The notes: generated from the letters alone by a model not told the origin. Shown: positions 1 to 10,164, counted from the whole stretch's first letter. The stretch is DNA of 63,745 bases, filler included, from an uncultured Planctomycetaceae bacterium (GCA_963976765.1; 4 parts of 3 records of this genome joined end to end with filler, not necessarily neighbours in it); one strand, 5' to 3'. Translations and numbers: made by a program.

Positions 1-243
1 AACTCAGATTCATCCATTCCGTGGAACCCGAACTTTGCCCTCTGACGAAGCACTATGCGAGTTTTATAGTGCTGCCGTCGGTAGGCTTCGCTTACGAGTT
101 TTCGCAGTCTTTGCAATGCTGATTTGAGAGGTTCTTCGTCGCCGATGGTCACTTTTGGCATAGGGGGCGTCTTTGAGACTGACGCTGCGCCGGAGTCAGA
201 GGGTTTCACTCTATTGGAACGGCAGTGTGGCCTGAGGATAATC

Positions 244-1491
244 TCACCTCGGAATAAACGAAAGTCGCAGGTCGTCGACGCTCATTGTTCCGGCAGCTCC
301 GTTCAGCCCGATGCGAAGAATGGCCTCCCGCGCGCCTACGGGAACTGGAATGCGGCGGCCGGTACGTTCCCAGTCCTGAGATCTCAACCACGGGCCGGCC
401 TGGAAGTCTCCGAGTGAGCGTCGGATATTATCGTAGAAGTGGATGTAGAATGCCGGTTTTTCCCACTCCTCATCGCCCGCCCGGATGTTTTCGAGTTTCA
501 GATCTAACGACAGATTTACGAAGGCGATCTTGCGTCCGTCGATGGCGATGCCCTGCAGCATTCTTGCGGGGCGACCTGTTTCGTCATTTTTAAAAGTGAC
601 GTAGTAGTCTCCTTCCGGGGCGTCGCCTTTTACTCGTTCCGCCTGACGCTGGTAGTACCAGCTGTCGACTTTTCCGTCTTCGTTTTCGTCGATTTCCAGG
701 CCACCGTTGACGATCTGCGGATTGGCCGGGTCAGGCAGCACCCGGCGGCCTTCTTCAGACAGACCGGTCATGGGGACGAAGAGGGTCGGGATCAGTTTCT
801 CCTGGACGAGCTTTCCGTTCTTCTTTTCAAACAGGTAGAAGACTTGCTGATAACGCTGGCCAAGTGGCACGATCATTCGACCGCCTTCGCGAAGCTGCTC
901 AATCAACGGCAATGGCACGCTTTCCGGCGAGCACGTCACGATGATCCGGTCGAAAGGAGCGTGTTCCGGCCAGCCTTTGTAGCCGTCTCCGGCGAGTGTG
1001 TGCACATTGTCATAGCCGAGCTTGCTGAGTCGGCGGCCAGCCTCGCGGCTGAGCTGAGGGACGATTTCGATCGAATAAACTTCCTTCACGATTTCTGCCA
1101 GAACGGCTGCCTGGTAGCCGCTACCGGTTCCAATCTCCAGAACTTTGTCGGTGGGTTGAGGATCAAGGGCCTGTGTCATGTAGGCCACGACGAAGGGGGG
1201 CGAGATTGTCTGCTGGTAGCCGATTGGCAGTGCCTTATCGATATAGGCTTCGCGGTAGAGTCTGGTTGGAACGAACTCGTGCCGCTCTACGGTGTTGAGA
1301 GCTTGAAGTACCAGCCGGTTAGTGATGCCTTCTGCGGCGATGTCCTGAGCGACCATCCTGGCGCGAGCTTCGCGGTACTTGTCGTCGGCGCCGTTCGACG
1401 GGTTGGACGCAGTGGTCAGGGCAAAAGTCAAAAGAAACAACGCTGTTGTTCGCGTGAAACTGTTTCGCCGGCTGGCAGATGGTTTGAGCAT
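244..1491 (-). CDS. pcm: Protein-L-isoaspartate(D-aspartate) O-methyltransferase with N-terminal signal peptide and a C-terminal beta-sandwich (CBM-like) extension
   Basis: PCMT motifs QTISPPF, VLEIGTGSGYQAAVLA, GDGYKGWPEHAPFDRIIVT, LREGGRMIVPLG; hydrophobic N-terminus; about 160 extra C-terminal residues. Confidence 0.9.
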   Translation of the reverse strand: MLKPSASRRNSFTRTTALFLLTFALTTASNPSNGADDKYREARARMVAQDIAAEGITNRLVLQALNTVERHEFVPTRLYREAYIDKALPIGYQQTISPPFVVAYMTQALDPQPTDKVLEIGTGSGYQAAVLAEIVKEVYSIEIVPQLSREAGRRLSKLGYDNVHTLAGDGYKGWPEHAPFDRIIVTCSPESVPLPLIEQLREGGRMIVPLGQRYQQVFYLFEKKNGKLVQEKLIPTLFVPMTGLSEEGRRVLPDPANPQIVNGGLEIDENEDGKVDSWYYQRQAERVKGDAPEGDYYVTFKNDETGRPARMLQGIAIDGRKIAFVNLSLDLKLENIRAGDEEWEKPAFYIHFYDNIRRSLGDFQAGPWLRSQDWERTGRRIPVPVGAREAILRIGLNGAAGTMSVDDLRLSFIPR

Positions 1492-1649
1492 GCCGCAATT
1501 CCGTGTTCAAAAGTCTGTGAGCGAATTTCGAAACGTTCAAGAGGGCGACTGAACATGCCGCCGCCTCGGATCGTCCGATGGTGCGTCAGGATTGGTCCGG
1601 CAGCGATGTCGCGCCGCTCTGTTTGGGGAGTAGCTGCTTTCAGACGGAG

Positions 1650-3659
1650 CTACGCCGCGTTATTCTCAAGGAAGCGTGATAGCGCGAGCAACCCGGGAGC
1701 GTCAGGAAGTCCACTGAAATCTGGCTCTTTCGCATCTGGATTACTGGATTGCGAGAGTTGAGCCAGCAGGTCACGGATGATCCGCTCCGCCTCCAGACGT
1801 TCGCGTTGCCAGTTGTCCCGCGACTGTTGCCACGCCGTTTCCTGAGCTTCGATCTGCGTGAACTGAGCCTGTAATTGTTCTTCCCGGCGCCGTAACTGCG
1901 ACTCCCGTTCAGCCACCCAGTCGGTCAGTTGTTGCTTGTCGCCGCGGAACGATTCCTTTTGAGATTCGAACTGCGACCGTGCCTTGTCGAGTTCACGTCG
2001 CTGCTGATTGAGTCCTTCCCGCAGGCTTCTGACGTATTTAGCAAGCTGTTCGCGAGCCTGCTCGACTCGTTCTTTTGCTCCTTCGTCGCCGGTTACCTGA
2101 GCCAGTTGAGCCCACGCTTCGTCGACAGCGATCTGAGTTTGCAGCAGCTCCTGATGTCGTGTTTCCAGATCCTCACGGAGTTGGTCGAGACGGTCGCGTC
2201 GTTTTTCCAGATTTTCAGCGTGCAGCGACATCATGTCCGTCTGGCGTCGATTCTCGGCTGTTTGTGTCTGAACTTTCAGTTCCCAGGACTGTCGCTCCGC
2301 AGTCAGCCGTTCGCGTTCACGGCTGGCGTGCTCGTCCACCGACTTCTGGATTTTGCTCAGCGTTGTCTGCTGGCGTTCAAGCGAACGTTCCAGCTCTTCA
2401 AGAATCACACGTCGTTGAGAAATTTGTCTGTCACGTTGTCTCTGAATCTGAACGAGGTTTTCCAGCCGTTGCCTGGCTCGCTGGTACTCGCTGCGAAACT
2501 CGTCGCGAGCCAGTTCCAGCTCTTCTCGAGATCGTTCAAGGTGGTCCTGTTGAAATCTGATGCGGCTCTCGAGCAGCGCACGCTGTTTCCGCAGTTCAGC
2601 TTCTGTGGTGTGACGCTGTTCTTCGAGCTTTTCGAATTCGCTATGCACTCGCCGCTGCTGTTCGATCTGCTCCTGCTCGATCTCTTCCCAGGTACGACGT
2701 CGCAGGTCATCGATTTCCTGTTGGAATCGAAGATGTTCTTCATCGAGTCGGTTCTGACGTCGTTTCAGTTCGGCTTCCGCGTTCAGCTTCTGCTGCTGCC
2801 AGTCTTCGATTGACTCCTGTAGCGATTCCCGTTCACGGGCGAGCAACGTTCGCTCGGCGACGATTTCGTCCGTCAGGGCTTCTGTGGTGATCTGCTCAGC
2901 AAGCTGCTGCCGCTCGGACTCCAGTTGTTCAGCCATTGCCTGGCGTTCGGCTTCGAGCTGTTCGATCAGTCGGCCCTGCTGTTGTGCAAGCTGGTTGCGC
3001 TCGCGTTCGAGTGTTTCTCGCAGCTCTGTTTCCTGTTCGACGAGTCGCTGCTGAGTCTGGGCAAACTCCTGACGTTCGGCTTCAGACTTTGCGAGCGACT
3101 CCTGCAACGCCGCACGTTGTTGCTCAAGTTCCTTCGTTGCCTCCTGGCGAAGGCGTTCGCGCTGTTCGTTGATCTCGGCGCGTTCACGGTTGATGGTCGA
3201 CGTTCGCTCGACCATCGCGGCCTGTTCACGGCTGAGGGCTGCTTTTTCAGCTTCGACGTTGTCTCGAAAGCCATCGACTTCCTGCCGCGCAAGTCTCAGT
3301 TGTTCCTCGTCGTCACAGACCTGCTGGTCGTGTTGCTGCTTTTCGAGTCGGAATGCGCGCCGGTCCTGTTCGAGCTGCCCGAGCTGAGTATTCAGTGATT
3401 GCTCGCGCCGGCTGAGATCCGCCAGCTGTTTCTGGACCTGCTCAACAAGCTCTGCCGTTTGAATCAGCAGATCTTCTTCAAGATTATTCAGCTCGGCACC
3501 GACCGGTGAGGGGGGCGATGACGAAGCGGATGGCCAGTCGTCAGCGGCCCGCGTAGTTCGCTCGGAGTTGCCACTCCCTGTCGGCAAACCCATGTTCGCG
3601 ATCGCTTCGGCCTTGCGTGGCCCGGGTGATTGTTGAGTTGAGCGGAATTCCTCGCTCAT
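1650..3659 (-). CDS. Long coiled-coil protein of unknown function
   Basis: About 600 aa of E/Q/R/L heptad-rich sequence; ATG at 3659 (MSEEF) preferred, although the ORF is open to 3737. Confidence 0.8.
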   Translation of the reverse strand: MSEEFRSTQQSPGPRKAEAIANMGLPTGSGNSERTTRAADDWPSASSSPPSPVGAELNNLEEDLLIQTAELVEQVQKQLADLSRREQSLNTQLGQLEQDRRAFRLEKQQHDQQVCDDEEQLRLARQEVDGFRDNVEAEKAALSREQAAMVERTSTINRERAEINEQRERLRQEATKELEQQRAALQESLAKSEAERQEFAQTQQRLVEQETELRETLERERNQLAQQQGRLIEQLEAERQAMAEQLESERQQLAEQITTEALTDEIVAERTLLARERESLQESIEDWQQQKLNAEAELKRRQNRLDEEHLRFQQEIDDLRRRTWEEIEQEQIEQQRRVHSEFEKLEEQRHTTEAELRKQRALLESRIRFQQDHLERSREELELARDEFRSEYQRARQRLENLVQIQRQRDRQISQRRVILEELERSLERQQTTLSKIQKSVDEHASRERERLTAERQSWELKVQTQTAENRRQTDMMSLHAENLEKRRDRLDQLREDLETRHQELLQTQIAVDEAWAQLAQVTGDEGAKERVEQAREQLAKYVRSLREGLNQQRRELDKARSQFESQKESFRGDKQQLTDWVAERESQLRRREEQLQAQFTQIEAQETAWQQSRDNWQRERLEAERIIRDLLAQLSQSSNPDAKEPDFSGLPDAPGLLALSRFLENNAA

Positions 3660-3775
3660 TCCGGGAATCCTTTCCCTGTGGCGAGATCGTTTTCTGGAAG
3701 ACTCGCCCAAGGCCAGGTTCAGGCCAGGGGCGGTCAATATTTTCGCTGATCCGTAGCTTCTAAACGAGTCGATTT

Positions 3776-4093
3776 TTAGAGGTGAGCGTCGAGTTTTTCA
3801 GTGATCTTTTCTTTGGGCAGGGCGCCAACCAGACGCTCAACAACCTGGCCGCCTTTGAAGATCATCAACGTCGGGATTGAGTTAATCTGATGCTGGGTGG
3901 CGATCTGCGGATTCTCGTCCGTGTTGACTTTTCCGACCGTCACTTTGCCTTTGTACTCTTCGGCAATCGCATCAATCGTTGGAGCCAGCATGCGGCAAGG
4001 TCCGCACCACGGAGCCCAGAAGTCAACCAGAACGGGGGCTTCGCTCTTCAGAACATCTGCATCAAACGTGGCGTCTTTAAATTCCAGTGCCAT
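3776..4093 (-). CDS. trxA: Thioredoxin
   Basis: WAPWCGPC active site, SIPTL motif; GAGGAG RBS before the ATG at 4093; 105 aa. Confidence 0.95.
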   Translation of the reverse strand: MALEFKDATFDADVLKSEAPVLVDFWAPWCGPCRMLAPTIDAIAEEYKGKVTVGKVNTDENPQIATQHQINSIPTLMIFKGGQVVERLVGALPKEKITEKLDAHL

Positions 4094-4241
4094 TGTGTTG
4101 CTCCTCAGTCTTGAACGGTAAACGTGACCACTTGCCAACTGACCGGTCGCGGTTGTTGACGCTCCAGTCAGAACCCGACACAACAGGTCAGGTTCGCTTA
4201 GAGTCACGGTGGATTTGCTCTAAATGCAGGGCAGGCGAGGG

Positions 4242-4269
4242 ATTATAGGTGGATGCTGAAGTGTGTCAA
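4242..4269 (-). promoter_or_regulatory. sigma70-type promoter of trxA
   Basis: Minus strand reads a perfect TTGACA-N16-TATAAT about 150 nt upstream of the trxA start. Confidence 0.8.
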
Positions 4270-4662
4270 CGTGCGCCTGAGCGGTACAAAACGGCTTAGT
4301 TCTGGCGGATATTCTCACGGGATCGTCGCTGTTTTTGTGCTGCTTCGATGCAGGGATTCTACGAATTCCAGTCGATTGGTCGGATGAATCCGGTCGCCAG
4401 GCAGAGCCCGAAGATGCCCCCCGTGACCAGAACGCCTCGCCAGAGCCAGACTGCCTGTCGCTCGCCGAACTTTGCCACCAGGCTACGTCCTTTGACGGTG
4501 CGAAGCACAAACCATCGGTCATAACGAAGCGCGACCGTGCAGAGGATTGCGACAGTTCCTCCAATAAACAGGTGCGGGCTGATCAGGAGAATTCACCTTT
4601 TTGACAAGGAAATATTCGGCACCGTCGGCGGTCAGGGCAGAAGGAACTTCATTGTGAGCTGC

Positions 4663-5232
4663 TCAGGCTTCAACGACTTTGAGGAACGCCGCGAGCCATG
4701 CCGGGTGTGCTGGCCAGGCGGGGGCGGTGACCAGGTTTCCGTCAACGTGGACACTGTCGACGGCTGTTTCGATGTAAGTTCCTCCGGCCAGTTTCACCTC
4801 AGGACTGCAGGCCGCGTATGACGTGCAGCTCCTGCCTCGCAGCAGATCGGCGGCGGTGAGCAACTGAATTCCGTGACAGATTGCGGCAATTGGTTTGTCT
4901 GTTTCCGCGAAATGGCGAACAACATCGAGCACCCGGTCGTTCAGACGCAGATATTCCGGAGCCCGGCCACCCGGCAGCAGCAAAGCGTCGTAGTCAGCGA
5001 CATTGATCTCGTCGAACGTCGCGTTCAGCGTGAAATTGTGCCCTGGTTTTTCAGTGTAAGTCTGGTCGCCTTCGAAATCATGAACCGCCGTGCGGACCTG
5101 GTCTCCAGCCTTTTTGTCCGGGCAGACGGCGTGAACCTCGTGGCCGACCATCTGCAACGCCTGAAACGGCACCATCACTTCGTAGTCTTCAACGTAGTCG
5201 CCGGTCACGATCAGAATTTTCCTGCTGGCCAT
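4663..5232 (-). CDS. DJ-1/PfpI family protein (protease/deglycase)
   Basis: [24 protein letters not shown] nucleophile elbow. Confidence 0.92.
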   Translation of the reverse strand: MASRKILIVTGDYVEDYEVMVPFQALQMVGHEVHAVCPDKKAGDQVRTAVHDFEGDQTYTEKPGHNFTLNATFDEINVADYDALLLPGGRAPEYLRLNDRVLDVVRHFAETDKPIAAICHGIQLLTAADLLRGRSCTSYAACSPEVKLAGGTYIETAVDSVHVDGNLVTAPAWPAHPAWLAAFLKVVEA

Positions 5233-5363
5233 CGTCGGTGGTTCCTGTTGAGTGCTCGTATGAATTTACCGGTCCCTAAGTGAGCCCGCAGGTTAGCAGC
5301 TCATTAATCGGCTGGGAATTTACCGAAGCAATTCCAGGGAGCGGTCACTCGGCAATAGCGAAA

Positions 5364-5417
5364 GCCACAGAGTTCTCAGAGAATTCGGATCACGAACATT
5401 CCTGTATTCTCTGTGGC
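5364..5417. repeat. Intergenic inverted repeat (GCCACAGAG...CTCTGTGGC)
   Basis: Perfect 9-bp terminal inverted repeat with internal degenerate CAGAG units. Confidence 0.55.
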
Positions 5418-5465
5418 CAAAACTGTTTGCGGTGGAGCGCGAGCTGGCGACTGGAAGAGTGCAGG

Positions 5466-7751
5466 TCACTGACCGGCTCGTTCGATTTCGTCGCCGATCT
5501 GGTAAAGCGGCAGGAAGCGGTAGTAGACCTCCAGGCAAAGCGTGCTGAGGGCTGTCGAGAAGACCCGGCCACCATAGGGGCCCCAGGGAGCTTTGGGATC
5601 CCAGCTTCCGGCGGCATGGCCGGTCGTTCGCTGGTCGTCGACCAGATGGTCACGCAGCGCTGTGTTCCAGGCTCGCCATTCGCCGCCGCCGTACTGGTAC
5701 ATCGCGAGCGTGCCGTAGTACCAGTAGTAAAGATCTTCCGACTGCCGGTCCGGAAGTCGGTTCATCAGATACTGGACCGCTTCCAGGCTTTGCGGATTGG
5801 AGCGGTTCAGGCCGAGCATCTGCTTGCAGAACAGCGCTTCCGCAGTCATCGACGGCGACGGCGGCAGCGGCGGGAATTCCGGCGGGAGGACGCGGTAAGC
5901 CGCCAGACCTTTTCGTTCTCCAAGGCTGCGGTCCCGCAGGAACTGAATCAGCAGTTGACGTGTTTCGACGGGAACCTGGACGCCAGCGATTTCGGCACTC
6001 TTCAGAGCCATCAACTGCCAGCCGAACATGCTCATGTCGCTGCGCTGGCCTTTGAGATATCGCCAGCCGCCGTCCTCTTTGTTCTGAGCATCGACGATGT
6101 AGGCAATTGCTCTGGTCAGCGGTTCTCGCAACCGGCGGTCGTTTGACCGATCAGTCTGCATGCCGAGCGCTTCGGCCATTGAGTAAGTCGCGATCGCGTG
6201 GCAGTACATTTTTGCGTATCGAGTTGCCTTGCCGCCGAAGAACCCGTTGGAATCCTGTTCGCGGACGAGCCATCGCAACGCGCGGTCAACCTGGTCGGCG
6301 TACTGACCTTCTTCATGCGTGTAGCCAGCTCCGAGAAAAGCCAGAATGGCAAGCCCGGTGACTCCAGCGTCCGATTCCAGACCAGCGTTCAAGCGGTCGA
6401 CCTTCTCTTCGTCAATTCTGATCCGGCCAGATCTTCCGGTGCAGCGGTCACCGTTCGGGCACATTCCGGAAAAACCGTCAGCATCCCAGTAGCCGGCAGG
6501 GTTCTGATGCAGGGCGAGCCATTGCAGGCTTGTTTCGACTGCGCGTTCCGAAGCTTCCGTGCCGCCGTAACGGCGAGCTGTTTCTTCACGCCGAGCCAGT
6601 GAGCGCAATCGATAGGTCGGCGGAATCTTTGTGGTGACGCTGGGATCGACTGATTCGAAATTCGGGCGGATGACATTTGGCTGCGGAGCGTCGGTCGGGA
6701 ACGGGCCAGGGAGTCCACTGCGAACTGCAACAACCGGCGACGGCAATGGCGTTTCAGTTTGCGGAGTCAGATCCGGTCGAAATCTTTCAATGCCTCCCAG
6801 TTCTTCCATTTTCGGCGTGCGGGTCTTCAGCCGGCTGAATTTGGGTGCGGCATTGCCACCGCTGGCCGAACCGTTGGTTGTATTTTCAGCGACGGTTCCG
6901 GCCGTTTTCTCCTGCAATGTTGATGGAGCCGGAGCCGTGCGACGTTTGATAGGTTCGTCCGTCGCGGCTCGTTCAAGGAAGGATGTCGGATCAACGATCG
7001 TGGCGATCTTTGCGAGCTGGCGAGTGGCGTCGAAGTCGGGAGCGATTTTGTCAACGGCGCCTCGGGTCGGTGCTCGCTCGACGCTGACATCCTTAAGCCC
7101 GCTTTCCCGGACGGTTCGCCTGATTGACGACAGAGACGGGAGGTTGATGTCCGGTCGCGCCTCGGCGGTTGAGTCGGTGACCGTTCGCGGCGCTGCCGAC
7201 TGAATTGTCGGGCCTTCGCTGCCGAAGTCGCGAGGTTCGGGACGCGACACTTCCAGCTCAGGTATCGACCGGGCGTCGGCGATGGTGATATCGGGCTGGG
7301 TGATTGGTTCCGGACGTCGTTCGGGACTTTCCAGTGGTTCGAATTCGATCGGTGCATGATCGGTGCGTGCAAGTTGCTGTCTCGGTTGGGTCAGCAGTTG
7401 TTCCCACACCGGAGTGTTTCCTGACGTGTCCGCTTCAATCGGCTCTTCACCTTCGAGCAGGATTTTTCGGATCTGAAAAGGTTCTTCGACGCTCGCCATC
7501 ACCAGTTGTTCGGGCGGTGAAACGGCGACGGCTCCAAAAGCCAGCGAAAGATGCAGCAGCACCGAGCACATGAAGGCTTTGCCGGTCGGGTCGCTGTCGC
7601 CCCATTTGGTGACCATCATCGTGATGAAGTGAATCGTCGCGAACAGCATTCCCGCGAGCAGCGAGACCCACAGCGCGACTTCGACCTCTTCGGTGGTCGA
7701 GCCGAAGGTCGAAGCCAGCCACTCGACAAATTCGATGGCTGCCAGGGTCAT
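5466..7751 (-). CDS. Membrane-anchored protein: two N-terminal TM helices (the second TonB/TolA-like, SxxLH), Pro/Thr-rich linker, C-terminal prenyltransferase/squalene-oxidase-repeat (alpha/alpha)6 barrel
   Basis: QW-like repeats (WLALHQNPAGYW, WLVREQDSNGFF, AQNKEDGGWRY, DQRTTGHAAGSW), YYWYYGT and STLCLEVYYR; ATGA overlap with the exbD stop. Confidence 0.85.
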   Translation of the reverse strand: MTLAAIEFVEWLASTFGSTTEEVEVALWVSLLAGMLFATIHFITMMVTKWGDSDPTGKAFMCSVLLHLSLAFGAVAVSPPEQLVMASVEEPFQIRKILLEGEEPIEADTSGNTPVWEQLLTQPRQQLARTDHAPIEFEPLESPERRPEPITQPDITIADARSIPELEVSRPEPRDFGSEGPTIQSAAPRTVTDSTAEARPDINLPSLSSIRRTVRESGLKDVSVERAPTRGAVDKIAPDFDATRQLAKIATIVDPTSFLERAATDEPIKRRTAPAPSTLQEKTAGTVAENTTNGSASGGNAAPKFSRLKTRTPKMEELGGIERFRPDLTPQTETPLPSPVVAVRSGLPGPFPTDAPQPNVIRPNFESVDPSVTTKIPPTYRLRSLARREETARRYGGTEASERAVETSLQWLALHQNPAGYWDADGFSGMCPNGDRCTGRSGRIRIDEEKVDRLNAGLESDAGVTGLAILAFLGAGYTHEEGQYADQVDRALRWLVREQDSNGFFGGKATRYAKMYCHAIATYSMAEALGMQTDRSNDRRLREPLTRAIAYIVDAQNKEDGGWRYLKGQRSDMSMFGWQLMALKSAEIAGVQVPVETRQLLIQFLRDRSLGERKGLAAYRVLPPEFPPLPPSPSMTAEALFCKQMLGLNRSNPQSLEAVQYLMNRLPDRQSEDLYYWYYGTLAMYQYGGGEWRAWNTALRDHLVDDQRTTGHAAGSWDPKAPWGPYGGRVFSTALSTLCLEVYYRFLPLYQIGDEIERAGQ

Positions 7752-8167
7752 GGTGATTCTCGCAACTGATTCGCGAGCGAAATGTGGCTGATCTTCGCGC
7801 GGTGGCACGCGGCCAGTACATCCATCACGTTCTGATAAGGATCGGGGCCGGAGCCGCGGACAACGACTGACTGGTCAGGGTAGTTCTCACGAGCCTGGCT
7901 GAGCCGTTGCTCAAGCGCGGCGATGCTTAACTGCTCGTCGCTGATCGAAACCTGACCAGCAGCATCGACGTTGACGACAATTTCGTCAGGGCGACTCGTC
8001 AACGGAGGCGCATCACTGACCGACGGAACCTGCACGTCGAACTGGCGCTCCTGTTCGGTGAACTGAGTTCCGACCATGAAAAAGATGATCAACAGAAAAA
8101 CGATGTCGATCATCGGTGTCAGATTAAGAGTCGGCTCGCTCGATGGGTCAGCGACTTTAAGCGGCAT
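7748..8167 (-). CDS. exbD: Biopolymer transport protein ExbD/TolR
   Basis: LNLTPMIDIVFLLIIFFMV TM motif with the conserved Asp; periplasmic VVVRG..PYQ.V..VL pattern. Confidence 0.92.
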   Translation of the reverse strand: MPLKVADPSSEPTLNLTPMIDIVFLLIIFFMVGTQFTEQERQFDVQVPSVSDAPPLTSRPDEIVVNVDAAGQVSISDEQLSIAALEQRLSQARENYPDQSVVVRGSGPDPYQNVMDVLAACHRAKISHISLANQLRESP

Positions 8168-8677
8168 GGCTTCCAGAATCCCGCCAGAACGGCAGGGCAC
8201 ATCGAAGGGGAAGTAAACGTCAAACAGGTGCCCGGTCACTGAAGTCAGTCCGTTCTAATCGAATCGGCCTTCAGAACGTCGCAATAGTTACTCTTTGTGA
8301 CAGGCACGGTCAAATGCAGCAATCGCCGTTGGCAGCAATCGACGGCACCGACTTCGTAGATGTGGTTGAGTAGGAAGGATGGGTTGCCTTTGGCGATTGT
8401 CTTTCCAGACCTGGAGCGATCGATCTGCTTTTTCCGATCGATGAGAGAGGGGCTGCTGCGGAAGCTGGTGGTTTTACGGAAGTGTGCCACTGGCTTCGCC
8501 AGTGTTCCGGGCAGTTGGCATTCCAGTAGGGATCTGGCGCTGGCAGAGGCGCATTCAGGCATTCTGGGGGCTCTGGTTACGTTCGTAAACGAATAGAAAT
8601 AGCGTGAGCAGTCAGGAAGCATGGCAAGTACAGAATCATCGAATCGATTTCGAACAGGCAACGCGGTGGTCGAGCTA

Positions 8678-9187
8678 ATGGTTCGCCTGTCTGTTGCCAC
8701 TGTTCTGGTTGTCCTGTGCGGAATGTTGACCGGATGCTGCTTCGAGCGGCAATGGCAGGAAGCGACTCGATATTCTTACCCCGAACAGGAACTCGCAGGC
8801 TGCTGGGAAGGCACCTGGCAAAGCGATTACAACGGCCATCATGGCGGACTTCGGGCGATCATCAGCAAGCAGGGCGAGGGCTACTACGACGCGCACTTTC
8901 ATGCGACGTACGCGGCGGTGATTCCGTTCGAGTTCGAACTGCCGCTGTTGGTGACCGATGACGGGCAGGCTTACGCTCTGGAAGGAGAGGCCGATCTTGG
9001 CTGGCTGGCCGGAGGTCTTTACACCTACAACGGCAGTGCCACGGCCACCGATTTCGTCGCCGCCTACTGCGCGGAAAACAATGACCACGGCACCTTCACG
9101 ATGCAGAAAAAACGTCCCTGCGCCGAATGCAGTGGCAGCGAAACCTGCGGCTCGGTTGCTGGAAAGTGCGGCGCCTGCGGTCGGTAA
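8678..9187 (+). CDS. Putative lipoprotein with a Cys-rich C-terminal tail
   Basis: Signal peptide ending in lipobox LTGC; WEGTWQS beta-rich body; tail PCAECSGSETCGSVAGKCGAC. Confidence 0.75.
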   Translation: MVRLSVATVLVVLCGMLTGCCFERQWQEATRYSYPEQELAGCWEGTWQSDYNGHHGGLRAIISKQGEGYYDAHFHATYAAVIPFEFELPLLVTDDGQAYALEGEADLGWLAGGLYTYNGSATATDFVAAYCAENNDHGTFTMQKKRPCAECSGSETCGSVAGKCGACGR

Positions 9188-9339
9188 TTCTTATCAGTTT
9201 GTGAATACTCGTCGGCTCAACCGGAACCTGTTTCGGTCTCAGGTAGCCGCCAGATTCTCTTCGCAGTGTTGAAGGTTGCGGTGTCTCGTCGTCATGATTC
9301 GAGCCACTCTGACAAATTCACCCGTGAAGGAGAACTGCC

Positions 9340-9460
9340 GTGCTGACTTTGATTGACCGTGCTGCTGTGGCGTTGTTTTGTGTATTGCCTGCCGTGGTGG
9401 TTGGCCTGAGTGCTTCGTCGTTGTCGGCCGCTGATAGTCCTGCATCGATTGATGTCTGGA
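9340..9460 (+). CDS. 5' fragment of a secreted protein, truncated by the contig end
   Basis: AAGGAG RBS then GTG; translates MLTLIDRAAVALFCVLPAVVVGLSASSLSA-ADSPASIDVW (signal peptide); not in the ORF track. Confidence 0.55.
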
Positions 9461-9560
9461 NNNNNNNNNNNNNNNNNNNNNNNNNNNNNNNNNNNNNNNN
9501 NNNNTTAATTAATTAANNNNNNNNNNNNNNNNNNNNNNNNNNNNNNNNNNNNNNNNNNNN
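9461..9560. other. Artificial contig linker
   Basis: 44 N + TTAATTAATTAA (stops in all six frames) + 44 N. Confidence 0.98.
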
Positions 9561-10164
9561 CGAGCATTTCTTCAAAGCTGACTTCGCTGAACTTGCTGGC
9601 TCGTTTTTCCAGTCGAGGATCGGTCGTATAAACACCGTCGACGTCCGTATGAATAATGCACTGGCTGGGGCGCAGAGCGGCGGCCAGAGCGACGGCGGAT
9701 GTATCGCTTCCGCCTCGACCAAGCGTCGTGATTTCGCCCGCTGAGTTTACTCCCTGAAATCCACAGGCAACGACGATATAGCCGTCGTCGAGTCTGGCAC
9801 GAATCCGCTCGGTCGAGATTGACAGAATCTTTGCCTTGGTGTGGTGACCGTCGGTCATGATTCCCAGTTGCGACCCCGTCATGCTGACGGCCTTGCCGCC
9901 CATTTCGTGAATCGCCATCGACATCAGCGCGACACTGACCTGCTCGCCGGTTGAAAGCAGCATGTCCATGTCGCGGGCTGGCGGCGTTTCAGACAGTTCA
10001 CCAGCCAGGTCGACCAGATGGTCGGTGCTCTTGCCCATGGCTGAAACAACCATGACGACCTGATTACCCTGGGCCTGGGCGTCGAGTGCCCGCTGAGCTG
10101 CCGCCCGGATCTTGTCCGTGTCAGCAACGCTGGTCCCACCAAACTTCTGAACGATAACGGCCAC
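9561..10164 (-). CDS. lysC: Aspartate kinase (partial; 3' end lost at the contig break)
   Basis: [49 protein letters not shown] start at 10164. Confidence 0.93.

Noticed and set aside
49..73. AGCACTAT...ATAGTGCT inverted repeat resembling CIRCE
   Set aside because: Spacing is 11 rather than 9 nt between GCACTA and TAGTGC, the flanks do not match, and no chaperone gene is visible
5466..6600. Squalene-hopene cyclase call
   Set aside because: Only a single barrel and no DxDD catalytic motif (SDMS at the comparable position)
9505..9516. TTAATTAATTAA palindrome repeated three times in the window
   Set aside because: Always centred in 44+44 N; an artificial six-frame-stop contig linker, not biology
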